Source: Patescibacteria group bacterium
Lineage (GTDB): Bacteria > Patescibacteriota > JAUYIX01 > JBHPHK01
DNA length: 50,030 nucleotides
NCBI GenBank assembly: GCA_042569365.1
Contig: JBHPHK010000006.1
Coordinates: 1-50,030, forward strand
Direction of reading: 5' to 3'
The position numbers and the translations under genes were made by a program. How positions within the stretch are numbered: the first letter of the stretch is position 1; every line of letters begins with the position of its first letter. The notes beneath the pieces are model-generated. The model was not told the DNA's origin. It saw only the letters and a program-made list of their open reading frames with translations, and ran no database searches. This document shows, piece after piece, positions 9,438 through 18,133 of the stretch.

Positions 9438-9656
9438 CCCTACAACGCAAAAGAAAAATCCCCGCCACAATGAAGTAGCGGGGGTTTGATCAGATAGGTT
9501 AAGAGGAGTTTCTCTTTGAGTGTCTTCTATTGCTTCGGGACTGAGACCTTTGAACGTGTCGGAGCGAAGAACTATAGAAGCAATAACAAACGATAAAGCC
9601 AGAACGATGACAAATAAAAATGCCAGATTAAGAATTCGTTTACTGAGCAATATCAT
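9417..9656 (-). CDS. Small single-TM orphan (cassette C), possibly truncated
   Basis: AAAGGAGGT SD and TM helix LAFLFVIVLALSFVIASIVL; the frame runs through its own terminator (9448-9487) before stopping. Confidence 0.55.
   Translation of the reverse strand: MILLSKRILNLAFLFVIVLALSFVIASIVLRSDTFKGLSPEAIEDTQRETPLNLSDQTPATSLWRGFFFCVVGLTRTAP
9448..9487 (-). terminator. Terminator of cassette C
   Basis: CCCCGCTAC-TTCATT-GTGGCGGGG then ATTTTTCTTTTG (minus strand). Confidence 0.75.
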
Positions 9657-9741
9657 TGACAGACCTCCTTTTTGTTGGTCGTATGTCGTTTATAAGTACA
9701 ACGCAAATAATGCGCTGCTGGTTTTTAAGTAACAAAATGTT

Positions 9742-9770
9742 AGCTTAACATAAACTGTACTTCTAGTAAA
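9742..9770 (-). promoter_or_regulatory. sigma70 promoter of cassette C
   Basis: TTTACT-17 bp-TAAGCT with a TGn extension (minus strand). Confidence 0.55.
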
Positions 9771-9777
9771 GAGTAAA

Positions 9778-9814
9778 ACAAGAAAATCCCCGCTATGGTA
9801 AGGTAGCGGGGATT
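9778..9814 (-). terminator. Terminator of cassette D (contains the ORF stop codon)
   Basis: AATCCCCGCTA-CCTTACCA-TAGCGGGGATT then TTCTTGTTTT (minus strand). Confidence 0.75.
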
Positions 9815-10383
9815 GGGGTTTCGAAATTGGTCTGTTGTGCGGCGGGTGTCTGCGGCGCATCTTCGTAGAAAAGTTCCGCGTGGCCTTGGCGGACGAACTC
9901 ATAGAACTTCTGGTCGGCGTCGGTGCAGGCGAGCTCTTCCATTTTCGCAAGGGCGATTTTGCGCAGGCGATGTTCAGTAGTGGCACTGAAGATGCGGTAG
10001 GCTTCTTCGGTAGTGGTCACTTGATCCAGTGCTTTCGAAAAGGCGCGCCAGTGGATGTCCGTCATATCGCCGGGGGAATGGCGCAGAGCGCTCGTGGTAA
10101 TGACAGAGAGACATTCTTCGAAGGTCTCTGCCTTTTCCAGCAGCTGCATTTCCACTTCGAACTGGGACTTTTTCGACCAGTCGACACTGTCGAGGTACGT
10201 AGCGTGAGCGTAGAGGAATTCGGCGTGGCATGCGGTTTCTTCGATTTGGCTTTGTCTTAACTTCCCGTCTCTCAATGTGGTGTAAGTAAGAGTCACAAAA
10301 AAGATTAAGAAGATGATCAGCAAAAAAGCCACAGCGGGCCAGCAAATGCCTTTCGACTTTGACGAGTGCGGTGTATCTGGCAT
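9793..10383 (-). CDS. Orphan single-TM helical protein (cassette D); start revised to ATG 10383
   Basis: AAAGGAGGT SD precedes MPDTPH; TM segment VAFLLIIFLIFFVTLTY. Confidence 0.75.
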   Translation of the reverse strand: MPDTPHSSKSKGICWPAVAFLLIIFLIFFVTLTYTTLRDGKLRQSQIEETACHAEFLYAHATYLDSVDWSKKSQFEVEMQLLEKAETFEECLSVITTSALRHSPGDMTDIHWRAFSKALDQVTTTEEAYRIFSATTEHRLRKIALAKMEELACTDADQKFYEFVRQGHAELFYEDAPQTPAAQQTNFETPIPATLP

Positions 10384-10458
10384 AACCAACCTCCTTTCGC
10401 GCAATTTGCGCAACGTGGTTATTGTTTCGTTTTCGTTGTTTTTAAGGAACAACACATT

Positions 10459-10487
10459 AACCTAACATATCCCGTGCTGTTTGTCAA
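10459..10487 (-). promoter_or_regulatory. sigma70 promoter of cassette D
   Basis: TTGACA-17 bp-TAGGTT with a TGn extension (minus strand). Confidence 0.65.
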
Positions 10488-10566
10488 CGTGTTTAGAGTT
10501 AATCTAGCAGCACGCTTAACAAGCGTTTCAGCGGTTTTAATTGACGCAAAAAGTAGGGTTTTTCCT

Positions 10567-10596
10567 TTGACAAAACATCAAAAAATAACCTATAAT
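10567..10596 (+). promoter_or_regulatory. Consensus sigma70 promoter driving the ncRNA
   Basis: TTGACA-18 bp-TATAAT with no credible ORF downstream. Confidence 0.8.
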
Positions 10597-10600
10597 TAAA

Positions 10601-10757
10601 AAGGCTTCGGACGTATATGGTAGTAGAAACGGAACTTGCCGATCAATGTCCAATATTGGGAGCTCAATATCTTTAGTGCCCGTGGGCACTAAGTGCGAAC
10701 ACCCATAATGCCTAGAATCTGGACAAAGTTCCACTGCCCTAAACGCCCCGAGGCCTT
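10601..10757 (+). ncRNA. Rod-shaped ncRNA, probably 6S RNA (SsrS-like)
   Basis: Nested pairings AAGGCTTCGG/CCGAGGCCTT, GGTAGT/ACTGCC, GGAACTT/AAGTTCC, TGTCCA/TGGACA, TGGG/CCCA, and apical TTAGTGCC-CGTG-GGCACTAA; starts just after a consensus promoter. Confidence 0.65.
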
Positions 10758-10804
10758 AAGGTATCTAACTTTTTCAAGAACAGATATCTATTATTTAGAC
10801 AAAC

Positions 10805-10839
10805 AAAAAACGCCATCTTTCGTAGAGAGGCGCTTTTTT
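10805..10839. terminator. Bidirectional terminator between the ncRNA and rpmB
   Basis: AAAAAA-CGCC..TCT..AGA..GGCG-CTTTTTT. Confidence 0.6.
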
Positions 10840-10855
10840 ATAATATCTAGGATAT

Positions 10856-11062
10856 TTAGAGTTTCGCGGCGAGACTCTGTTTGAAAGAGTCTTTATTGTT
10901 AATAGACTTGATGCACTTGGTGCAAGCACGAATACGTTGGTCGCCAACATTAATCCACTGCACGTTTGCGTGCTGTTTCTTCTTAGTTGCGATGTTGGAG
11001 TGGCTTCGCAAGTTCTTCATATTGTATGTGCGTTCGCAAACGCTACAGTTACTTAAGGACAT
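10856..11062 (-). CDS. rpmB: 50S ribosomal protein L28 (Zn-ribbon type)
   Basis: CSVC...RSHSNIATKKKQHANVQ...CTKCIKS; TTGACA-17-TATTCT promoter near 11112-11140 on the minus strand. Confidence 0.88.
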   Translation of the reverse strand: MSLSNCSVCERTYNMKNLRSHSNIATKKKQHANVQWINVGDQRIRACTKCIKSINNKDSFKQSLAAKL

Positions 11063-11166
11063 AATATTTTTATCAAATGTGTGATAAGATGCTAATTAGC
11101 ATGTACACTTGAGAATATCGAACATCTTTGTTATTGTCAAGTCTCTTAATCTAAATTATCAAAATC

Positions 11167-11799
11167 GTGCTTGTATCTCTTCTTTTCAGCGATCCCTTAA
11201 CTTTTTTTGCCTATCTTATGGCTCTCGTCGTGGGAATAACATTCCACGAATTTGCACATGCTTGGTCGGCGCGCATGTTAGGTGACCCCACAGCAGAACA
11301 GGCTGGCCGTCTGACCCTAAACCCTTTCAAACACCTAGATCTAGTGGGTACGCTCTTCTTGCTCTTCGCCGGTTTTGGCTGGGGTAAGCCCGTCCCGGTC
11401 AATCATCTAAACTTACGCAACGGGAAATGGGGCCGCCTCATGGTCTCCCTCTCAGGGCCCATCTCAAACCTGATTTTAATCTTCGTTTTTGGTATTGCCC
11501 TGCGCTTAGTCTTTGCCTTCACGGCACTGCCGCAGACCAACGGCCTGATTATTTTCTTGCTGGCACTGATTATCATCAATATCATCCTGATGATTTTCAA
11601 TCTGATCCCGGTTCCGCCACTCGATGGGGGAGAGCTGCTTGAGTTTTTCTTGCCGGAGCGCGCGCACCGCATCAAAGAGTTTATCCAGCGGTATGGTTTC
11701 TTCATTCTCTTCTTCTTGCTGATTATCGGATATCGCGTACTTCAGCCTATCTTTGAGAGCGTAATCAACTTCACATTGCGGTACTTAGTGGGGGCGTAG
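11167..11799 (+). CDS. Site-2 protease (peptidase M50 family)
   Basis: HEFAH zinc motif, [23 protein letters not shown]. Confidence 0.93.
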   Translation: MLVSLLFSDPLTFFAYLMALVVGITFHEFAHAWSARMLGDPTAEQAGRLTLNPFKHLDLVGTLFLLFAGFGWGKPVPVNHLNLRNGKWGRLMVSLSGPISNLILIFVFGIALRLVFAFTALPQTNGLIIFLLALIIINIILMIFNLIPVPPLDGGELLEFFLPERAHRIKEFIQRYGFFILFFLLIIGYRVLQPIFESVINFTLRYLVGA

Positions 11800-11818
11800 T
11801 TGGCAAATCGAGATGTTC

Positions 11819-11847
11819 TTGACGTATTTATAACAAATTGGTAAAGT
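11819..11847 (+). promoter_or_regulatory. sigma70 promoter of the str operon
   Basis: TTGACG-17 bp-TAAAGT. Confidence 0.6.
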
Positions 11848-11914
11848 ATTTCTTGCGTACTAGAGACGCATCTTTTTTATAAAACTTCATTATTATAGGG
11901 TTCTAACCGGTATT

Positions 11915-12421
11915 ATGCCCACAATAAACCAATTAATCAAAAAGCCACGCAAAACAAAGTCGAAGAAATCAAAATCTCCGGCTATGCAGCGTAACTATAA
12001 TGCGATCAAGAATCGCTCTGTAGACCTTAAAAAAGGTAGTCCTTTTAAACGAGGAGTTTGCGTGAAAGTGGGTACGATGACACCTAAAAAGCCGAACTCA
12101 GCACTTCGCAAGTTTGCCCGTGTTCGTCTTACGAACCGTATGGAAGTAACCGCTTATATCCCTGGCGAGGGCCATAATTTGCAGGAACACTCCGTGGTAT
12201 TGCTGCGTGGTGGTCGTGTGAAGGATTTGCCGGGTGTGCGTTATCACGTTGTCCGCGGACACCTTGATACAGGTGGCGTTGAAGGACGCCAGCGCGGTCG
12301 CAGTAAATATGGCACAAAACAGGGTGGTAAAGTTGGTGTTGCAGCAGTAGCTGGAGCAGAAGATGCTGGAGATGCAGGAGACACTGGAGATGCAGGTGGA
12401 GACGCACCAGCAGCAGAATAA
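11915..12421 (+). CDS. rpsL: 30S ribosomal protein S12 with acidic C-terminal tail
   Basis: [35 protein letters not shown]. Confidence 0.98.
   Translation: MPTINQLIKKPRKTKSKKSKSPAMQRNYNAIKNRSVDLKKGSPFKRGVCVKVGTMTPKKPNSALRKFARVRLTNRMEVTAYIPGEGHNLQEHSVVLLRGGRVKDLPGVRYHVVRGHLDTGGVEGRQRGRSKYGTKQGGKVGVAAVAGAEDAGDAGDTGDAGGDAPAAE
12362..12397 (+). repeat. Four degenerate 9-nt repeats encoding DAG/DTG in the rpsL tail
   Basis: GATGCTGGA GATGCAGGA GACACTGGA GATGCAGGT. Confidence 0.8.
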
Positions 12422-12433
12422 TTTTAAATATAT

Positions 12434-12901
12434 ATGCGAAGATCTAAAGCATCCAAACGAAAAGTCAAACCAGACCGCAAGTATAATAGCGTAACTGTTA
12501 CACGTTTTATTAATTTGATCTTGGAGCGCGGTAAAAAATCCATCGCGGAAAGAATCGTGTATGATGCAATTGCAGAGCTAGAAGAGAAGACTAAGATGAA
12601 GGGCCTCGAGGCTTTTATGTTGGCGCTCGATACAGTTGGTCCTGCCTTAGAGATTAAGGCCCGTCGTGTTGGTGGCGCAAACTATCAGATTCCTTACGAA
12701 GTCCGCGGCGATCGCAAGTACACCTTGGCAATGCGCTGGGTAATCGAGGCAGCTAAAAGTAAGAAAGGCAAGCCAATGGCCAAACGTCTCGCAAAAGAAT
12801 TGCGTGATGCTATCAATAAAGAGGGCGCTGCTATGAAGAAGCGCGAAGACGTCCACCGTATGGCGGAAGCTAATAAAGCCTTTGCACACTTTGCTTGGTA
12901 A
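12434..12901 (+). CDS. rpsG: 30S ribosomal protein S7
   Basis: RRVGGANYQIP, HRMAEANKAFAHF. Confidence 0.98.
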   Translation: MRRSKASKRKVKPDRKYNSVTVTRFINLILERGKKSIAERIVYDAIAELEEKTKMKGLEAFMLALDTVGPALEIKARRVGGANYQIPYEVRGDRKYTLAMRWVIEAAKSKKGKPMAKRLAKELRDAINKEGAAMKKREDVHRMAEANKAFAHFAW

Positions 12902-12959
12902 ACCACAGAAAAACAAAGGCGAACGTAAATGTTCGCTTATTTAATTGATAAAAAACTAA

Positions 12960-15047
12960 ATGTCAGATCTCAAAAAATTTCCTTTAGAAAACGTTCGCAA
13001 TATCGGTATCATTGCCCACATCGATGCGGGTAAGACTACAGTTACTGAGCGCGTGCTTTTTTACGCCGGTATTATTCATAAAATTGGTGAGGTCCACGAG
13101 GGTGAGGCCACGATGGACTGGATGGAGCAAGAGCGCGAACGCGGTATTACGATTACTTCCGCTGCGACGACAGTTACTTGGAAGGATCACCGTATTAATA
13201 TTATTGACACGCCGGGTCACGTAGACTTCACGGTTGAAGTGGAGCGCTCTTTGCGCGTGCTTGACGGTGGCGTGGTTGTTTTTGATGGTGTGGCTGGTGT
13301 GGAGCCGCAGTCAGAAACTGTTTGGCGCCAAGCTGACAAATACGAAGTGCCGCGCATGTGTTTTATAAATAAGCTCGACCGTACGGGAGCTGACTTTTAT
13401 GCAGACGTTGAATCTATTTATGAACGTCTCACAGAAGATGCCCTGCCAATTCAGCTTCCGATTGGTATCGAAGAAAACCTAAAAGGAGTTGTAGATTTGA
13501 TTAAGAACGAAGCAGTTGTGTTTACAGATGAAATGGGAGCCGAGCCTACGATTGAAGAGGTTCCAGAGGACATGAAGGAAAAAGTCGCCGAATACCGCGG
13601 AAAGATGATCGAAAAAATCGTCGAGCACGATGACAAACTTTTAGAACAATATCTAGACGGCAAAGAGCCAAGTGTAGAGGACTTGCAGAAGACTTTGCGT
13701 AAAGCAACTCTTGAGCTAAAAATTATTCCAGTCCTTTGTGGTACAGCTTTGAAGAACAAAGGCATTCAACCTTTGCTAGACGCAGTCAATCTTTATCTGC
13801 CGTCTCCATTGGACTTGCCGCCAGTTACCGGTATCGACCCGAAAACTGGAGAAGAGGGCTTGGAGCGCAAGCCTAATGACGAAGATCCTTTCGCAGCCTT
13901 AGTCTTTAAGGTGGCGACTGATCCGTATGTTGGTAAGCTCGCTTTCTTTAGAGTATATTCCGGCATTATGAATTCCGGCTCTTATGTTTTGAATACAAAT
14001 ACAGGCAAGAAAGAACGCCTGGGCCGTATTCTGCGTATGCACGCGGATAAACGGGAAGAGGTCAAAGAGGTGTATGCGGGAGAAATCGCAGCCGCTGTTG
14101 GTCTTTCGGGTGTGACGACAGGGGATACGATCTGTGATGAGAAGAGTCCAATTATTCTTGAACAAATTACATTCCCAGAGCCTGTGATCTCTATTGCGAT
14201 TGAGCCGAAGACAAAAGCCGACCAGGAAAAAATGGGGGAGGCTTTATCAGCTCTTTCTGAAGAGGACCCAACATTCCGAGTGAAGTCTGATGAAGAAACC
14301 AATCAGACGATCATCTCGGGTATGGGTGAGCTCCATTTGGATATTATTGTTGATCGCATGAAGCGTGAGTTTAAAGTCGAGGCTAATATCGGCGAGCCGC
14401 AAGTTGCTTACCGAGAAACTATTAAGATCCAGGCCGAGGCTGAAGGCAAATACATCAAACAGTCTGGTGGTCGTGGTCAGTATGGTCACGTTTGGATCAA
14501 AGTTGAGCCGCAAGACGATAAAGAAAAAGGCAACGAATTCATCGATGCTATTAAAGGTGGTGTTGTTCCACAGGAATTTATTCCTGCCGTTGAGAAAGGT
14601 GTTAAGGAAGCTTTGAATGTTGGTGTCGTGGCGAACTATCCGATGGTGAACATGAAAGCTACTTTATATGATGGTAGTTACCATGATGTTGACTCTAACG
14701 AAGCCGCTTTCAAAATTGCTGGTTCAATGGCGCTTAAGGCCGCTACAAAAAATGCGCAGCCTGTCTTGCTTGAGCCGATCATGAAGATCGAAGTTGTTAC
14801 TCCGGAAGAATACATGGGTGATATCGTCGGTGACTTGAACAGTAAGCGTGGTCAAATCGAGTCTATGGAAGATCGTGGTAAAGGAAAGGTCGTGAAGGCT
14901 TTAGTGCCACTCGCTTCGATGTTCGGTTATGTCACAAACTTGCGTTCGATCTCTCAGGGTCGTGCTAGTTCGACGATGGAATTTGCGAAGTATCAGGAAG
15001 TTCCAAAGAACGTGGCCGCTGAAGTTATCGAGAAGCGCGCGAAGTAA
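12960..15047 (+). CDS. fusA: Elongation factor G
   Basis: [42 protein letters not shown]. Confidence 0.99.
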   Translation: MSDLKKFPLENVRNIGIIAHIDAGKTTVTERVLFYAGIIHKIGEVHEGEATMDWMEQERERGITITSAATTVTWKDHRINIIDTPGHVDFTVEVERSLRVLDGGVVVFDGVAGVEPQSETVWRQADKYEVPRMCFINKLDRTGADFYADVESIYERLTEDALPIQLPIGIEENLKGVVDLIKNEAVVFTDEMGAEPTIEEVPEDMKEKVAEYRGKMIEKIVEHDDKLLEQYLDGKEPSVEDLQKTLRKATLELKIIPVLCGTALKNKGIQPLLDAVNLYLPSPLDLPPVTGIDPKTGEEGLERKPNDEDPFAALVFKVATDPYVGKLAFFRVYSGIMNSGSYVLNTNTGKKERLGRILRMHADKREEVKEVYAGEIAAAVGLSGVTTGDTICDEKSPIILEQITFPEPVISIAIEPKTKADQEKMGEALSALSEEDPTFRVKSDEETNQTIISGMGELHLDIIVDRMKREFKVEANIGEPQVAYRETIKIQAEAEGKYIKQSGGRGQYGHVWIKVEPQDDKEKGNEFIDAIKGGVVPQEFIPAVEKGVKEALNVGVVANYPMVNMKATLYDGSYHDVDSNEAAFKIAGSMALKAATKNAQPVLLEPIMKIEVVTPEEYMGDIVGDLNSKRGQIESMEDRGKGKVVKALVPLASMFGYVTNLRSISQGRASSTMEFAKYQEVPKNVAAEVIEKRAK

Positions 15048-15064
15048 TAAATATCAATACAATG

Positions 15065-15096
15065 ACAAAGCGGGCTCTAGCGACCCGTTTTTGTTT
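15065..15096 (+). terminator. Terminator after fusA
   Basis: ACAAAGCGGG..CCCGTTTTTGTTT. Confidence 0.65.
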
Positions 15097-15099
15097 ATC

Positions 15100-15128
15100 T
15101 TGACTAAAACATAAACATGTGCTAAGTT
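15100..15128 (+). promoter_or_regulatory. sigma70 promoter of the orphan insert gene
   Basis: TTGACT-17 bp-TAAGTT with TGn. Confidence 0.6.
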
Positions 15129-15230
15129 TACCCATCACATTTATTTTAAGAGATAAGCTGTGATAGCAATTAAATCTAGTTTCTTAATGCATTTTAACAT
15201 CTTAAAACCACCTATAAGGAGGTGACACTC

Positions 15231-16127
15231 ATGACAACCGAAGTGCAAACTATTGCGCAAAAACTCATTGCGGCACTGTCTAAGATTTCAGCTACCTTGA
15301 CTTTGGATTGTCATAAGATTATCCAAGGCATTGAAGTAAATCTCAGGCTTCAGTCGCCAATTCTTGTTGACGCTGTTGATGCGTTTGACAAGAATAAGTG
15401 GAGACGGGACCATATCTTGATCCGTGATCGCTTCAGTCATCGACTCGAAGACGCTTATGAATTCGGTGTTAAAGAACAAGAATACCGAAAACATGAGGCG
15501 GTCCGAGTGAGTCTGTCTTTTAAGGAAACGTTGATCTCCGAAGGCTACGATTCAATCTTTCTGTTTTATGACAAAAAGACGGGAGAGTTTCTGGGCGGAT
15601 TGCTTCAGTCTTTTGAGCGAGACAAGCTCATTTCAGCGGTTGAATATCACTGCGATGTTCATAGTCCTCGCAAAATTGTCTGGGCGATGACCAGAGAACT
15701 GCGGTATCCATTGGTCAAGTACCATTCGGCACCGACAATTGATCCGCGCATCAACGAGATCATCGAAGAACAAGGACAGATTTTGATCGATGAGAAAGAC
15801 AAAGACACGGGCCATCTATGGAAGAAAACTATGTACTTGCGGCCAGCAGACGAAGGCAGCAAGCATCGCCGGCTCTACGAAGACGGACTGTTTCTGACAG
15901 GCAAACCCTCGACTGGTGTTGATAAGGGCGCCAAGTGGTTCAAGATCATCGAATGGCAGGACGGCAAAAAACATTTTATCATCCACGAAAGAGATGGAGG
16001 CCAGAAAAAGGGAGTGAAATGGTCTGAGAAAAACGGACTACTGCCTGACATGAGACTGAAACTTCAGCGCATGTTTAACATCAGAGTCTCTAAGGGCTTG
16101 TTTCCAAAGGAACTCAAGATCAAATAG
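15231..16127 (+). CDS. Orphan soluble protein (298 aa) between fusA and tuf
   Basis: Perfect TAAGGAGGTGA SD before ATG 15231 (start revised from 15222); no motif recognised. Confidence 0.8.
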   Translation: MTTEVQTIAQKLIAALSKISATLTLDCHKIIQGIEVNLRLQSPILVDAVDAFDKNKWRRDHILIRDRFSHRLEDAYEFGVKEQEYRKHEAVRVSLSFKETLISEGYDSIFLFYDKKTGEFLGGLLQSFERDKLISAVEYHCDVHSPRKIVWAMTRELRYPLVKYHSAPTIDPRINEIIEEQGQILIDEKDKDTGHLWKKTMYLRPADEGSKHRRLYEDGLFLTGKPSTGVDKGAKWFKIIEWQDGKKHFIIHERDGGQKKGVKWSEKNGLLPDMRLKLQRMFNIRVSKGLFPKELKIK

Positions 16128-16150
16128 GAGGAAATCTTTCCAATCATTTG

Positions 16151-16182
16151 AAAAGTCGCGGCTTAAAAACCCGCGGCTTTTT
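16151..16182 (+). terminator. Terminator after the orphan gene
   Basis: AAAAGTCGCGG-CTTAAAAAC-CCGCGGCTTTTT. Confidence 0.75.
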
Positions 16183-16232
16183 ATTGACAAAATTCGGTAA
16201 AAATGGCCCAATAGTGCTCATAAAAAAAGTAT

Positions 16233-16261
16233 TTGACACTGTATTTAAAATATCGTATAGT
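16233..16261 (+). promoter_or_regulatory. sigma70 promoter of tuf
   Basis: TTGACA-17 bp-TATAGT. Confidence 0.75.
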
Positions 16262-16266
16262 GACTT

Positions 16267-16376
16267 GGCAGTTTGTTTTCAGGCTGCCTGGATGTGGGGG
16301 ACCGGCCAGAAGCCATAAAAACCCATTTTCCGGAGCTTTAAGAGACAGGTGGAAGTCGTTCGGCCGACTCCCTCCT
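16267..16376 (+). promoter_or_regulatory. Structured tuf 5' leader
   Basis: Hairpins GGCAGTTTG/CAGGCTGCC, TGGG/CCCA enclosing GGC/GCC, and AGG..AGTCG/CGACT..CCT. Confidence 0.45.
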
Positions 16377-16426
16377 ATTTTTTAAGGCTATCTTAAATTA
16401 AATCCATTAATTAGTTTGCAAACTAT

Positions 16427-17620
16427 ATGGCAGATAAATTTGATCGATCCAAAGAGCACGTTAACGTTGGTACTATTGGTCACGTTGACCACGGTAAAAC
16501 AACCTTAACCGCCGCAATTACAGTATGTCAGGCTGCAAAAGGCTTGGCGGAAGTCCGTGCTTTCGAAGATATCGATAAAGCTCCAGAGGAACGCGAACGC
16601 GGTATTACTATCGCGACGTCTCACTGTGAGTTCAACACTGACAAACGTCACTACGCCCACGTTGACTGTCCAGGTCACGCGGACTATGTGAAAAACATGA
16701 TTACAGGTGCGGCCCAGATGGACGCAGCGATCCTTGTGGTTTCTGCAGCCGATGGTCCGATGCCTCAAACTCGTGAGCACATTCTTTTGGCGCGCCAAGT
16801 CGGTGTTCCTAAGATTGTTGTTTTCCTAAACAAAACAGACCAAGTTGACGACGCTGAGTTGATCGACTTAGTCGAAGAGGAGATTCGTGAGCTTCTTGAG
16901 AAATACGAGTACGACAAAGATGCTCCTATTATTCGCGGTTCCGCTTTGAAAGCACTAGAAAACTGTGCTGGCAAAAAAGACTGTGAAGACTGTAAACCAA
17001 TCGACGAGCTTATGAAAGCTCTTGATGAATACATCCCTGCGCCAGAGCGTGACGTAGAAAAGCCGTTCTTAATGCCGATTGAGGACATTTTCTCTATCGA
17101 AGGGCGCGGTACCGTCGTCACGGGCCGAATCGAGCGCGGTAAAGTAAACCTCAACGATGAGGTTGAAATCGTTGGTATACGGGAAACCTCTAAGACTGTT
17201 GTTACCGGTATCGAAATGTTCAACAAACAGCTCGATGAAGGTGTAGCAGGAGACAACGCAGGTATTTTGCTTCGCGGCACAAAGAAAGATGAAGTAGAAC
17301 GCGGACAGGTACTTGCCGTTCCAGGCTCCATTACTCCCCACACGGAGTTTGAAGCTAAGATCTATATTCTGAACAAAGAAGAAGGTGGTCGTCATACCCC
17401 ATTCTTCAAAGGTTATAAGCCTCAGTTCTATGTCCGTACCACGGACGTGACTGGTGAGGTCCAACTCCCAGAAGGAACAGAGATGATTATGCCTGGCGAT
17501 GAAGTAGATCTCAAAGTCAAACTTGTAGCCCCAGTCGCCATGGAAGATGGCATGCGCTTCGCTATTCGCGAAGGCGGTAAGACTGTTGGTGCAGGTGTTG
17601 TCTCTAAGATTATTAAATAA
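16427..17620 (+). CDS. tuf: Elongation factor Tu
   Basis: [41 protein letters not shown]. Confidence 0.99.
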   Translation: MADKFDRSKEHVNVGTIGHVDHGKTTLTAAITVCQAAKGLAEVRAFEDIDKAPEERERGITIATSHCEFNTDKRHYAHVDCPGHADYVKNMITGAAQMDAAILVVSAADGPMPQTREHILLARQVGVPKIVVFLNKTDQVDDAELIDLVEEEIRELLEKYEYDKDAPIIRGSALKALENCAGKKDCEDCKPIDELMKALDEYIPAPERDVEKPFLMPIEDIFSIEGRGTVVTGRIERGKVNLNDEVEIVGIRETSKTVVTGIEMFNKQLDEGVAGDNAGILLRGTKKDEVERGQVLAVPGSITPHTEFEAKIYILNKEEGGRHTPFFKGYKPQFYVRTTDVTGEVQLPEGTEMIMPGDEVDLKVKLVAPVAMEDGMRFAIREGGKTVGAGVVSKIIK

Positions 17621-17631
17621 CCAATAGGTAA

Positions 17632-17666
17632 GTAGAAGCTCCTCGCTCTTTAAGAGGAGCTTCTGC
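17632..17666 (+). other. Strong hairpin between tuf and rpsJ (no clear U-tract)
   Basis: GTAGAAGCTCCTC / GAGGAGCTTCTGC. Confidence 0.6.
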
Positions 17667-17702
17667 CTACTAGGTTAATCTCTTTGAAAAGAATCCTAAA
17701 TT

Positions 17703-18125
17703 ATGGTCGACAAACCAGAAAAAACTAAAGACACTGCGAAAACTACTAAGGCCAAAGCTGTTAAGTCTGTTAAGACTAAAGCTAAAGCCGACACAGGCAA
17801 AGACAAGAAAGCTGAAGAAGTAGGACAGCGTCTGCGAATCCGTATCAAGGCCTACGATAATAAAATTATCGACTTGAGCGCGAAGCAGATTGTTGAGACG
17901 GTCGTGCGCACGGGCGCTAAGATCGTTGGTCCCATTCCTTTGCCTACAGAAAAAAGTAAGTTTACAGTCAATCGTTCTTCGTTTGTTCATAAAGATGCGC
18001 GTGATCAGTTTGAAATGCGCGTCCACAAACGTTTGATCGACATCATCGAATCTTCTCCGAAGACCGTTGATGCGCTCATGAGCATGAGCTTGCCAGCAGG
18101 TGTCGATATCGAAATTAAGATGTAA
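17703..18125 (+). CDS. rpsJ: 30S ribosomal protein S10 with Lys/Ala-rich N-terminal extension
   Basis: [38 protein letters not shown]. Confidence 0.97.
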   Translation: MVDKPEKTKDTAKTTKAKAVKSVKTKAKADTGKDKKAEEVGQRLRIRIKAYDNKIIDLSAKQIVETVVRTGAKIVGPIPLPTEKSKFTVNRSSFVHKDARDQFEMRVHKRLIDIIESSPKTVDALMSMSLPAGVDIEIKM

Positions 18126-18133
18126 TTGACGTT

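Noticed and set aside
9835-10260. 141-aa plus-strand ORF
   Set aside because: Antisense to cassette D, which has the promoter, SD and TM segment.
8126-10487. CRISPR array or classical integron
   Set aside because: The repeats are degenerate and separated by whole genes. No cas or intI gene is present, no clear attC RYYYAAC/GTTRRRY ends, and the cassettes carry their own promoters.
10537-10884. Short ORFs of 63-65 aa over the ncRNA region
   Set aside because: No SD or protein-like features; extensive base-pairing explains the region better.
16267-16376. tRNA upstream of tuf
   Set aside because: No cloverleaf, no GTTCRA T-loop in context, and no acceptor stem.
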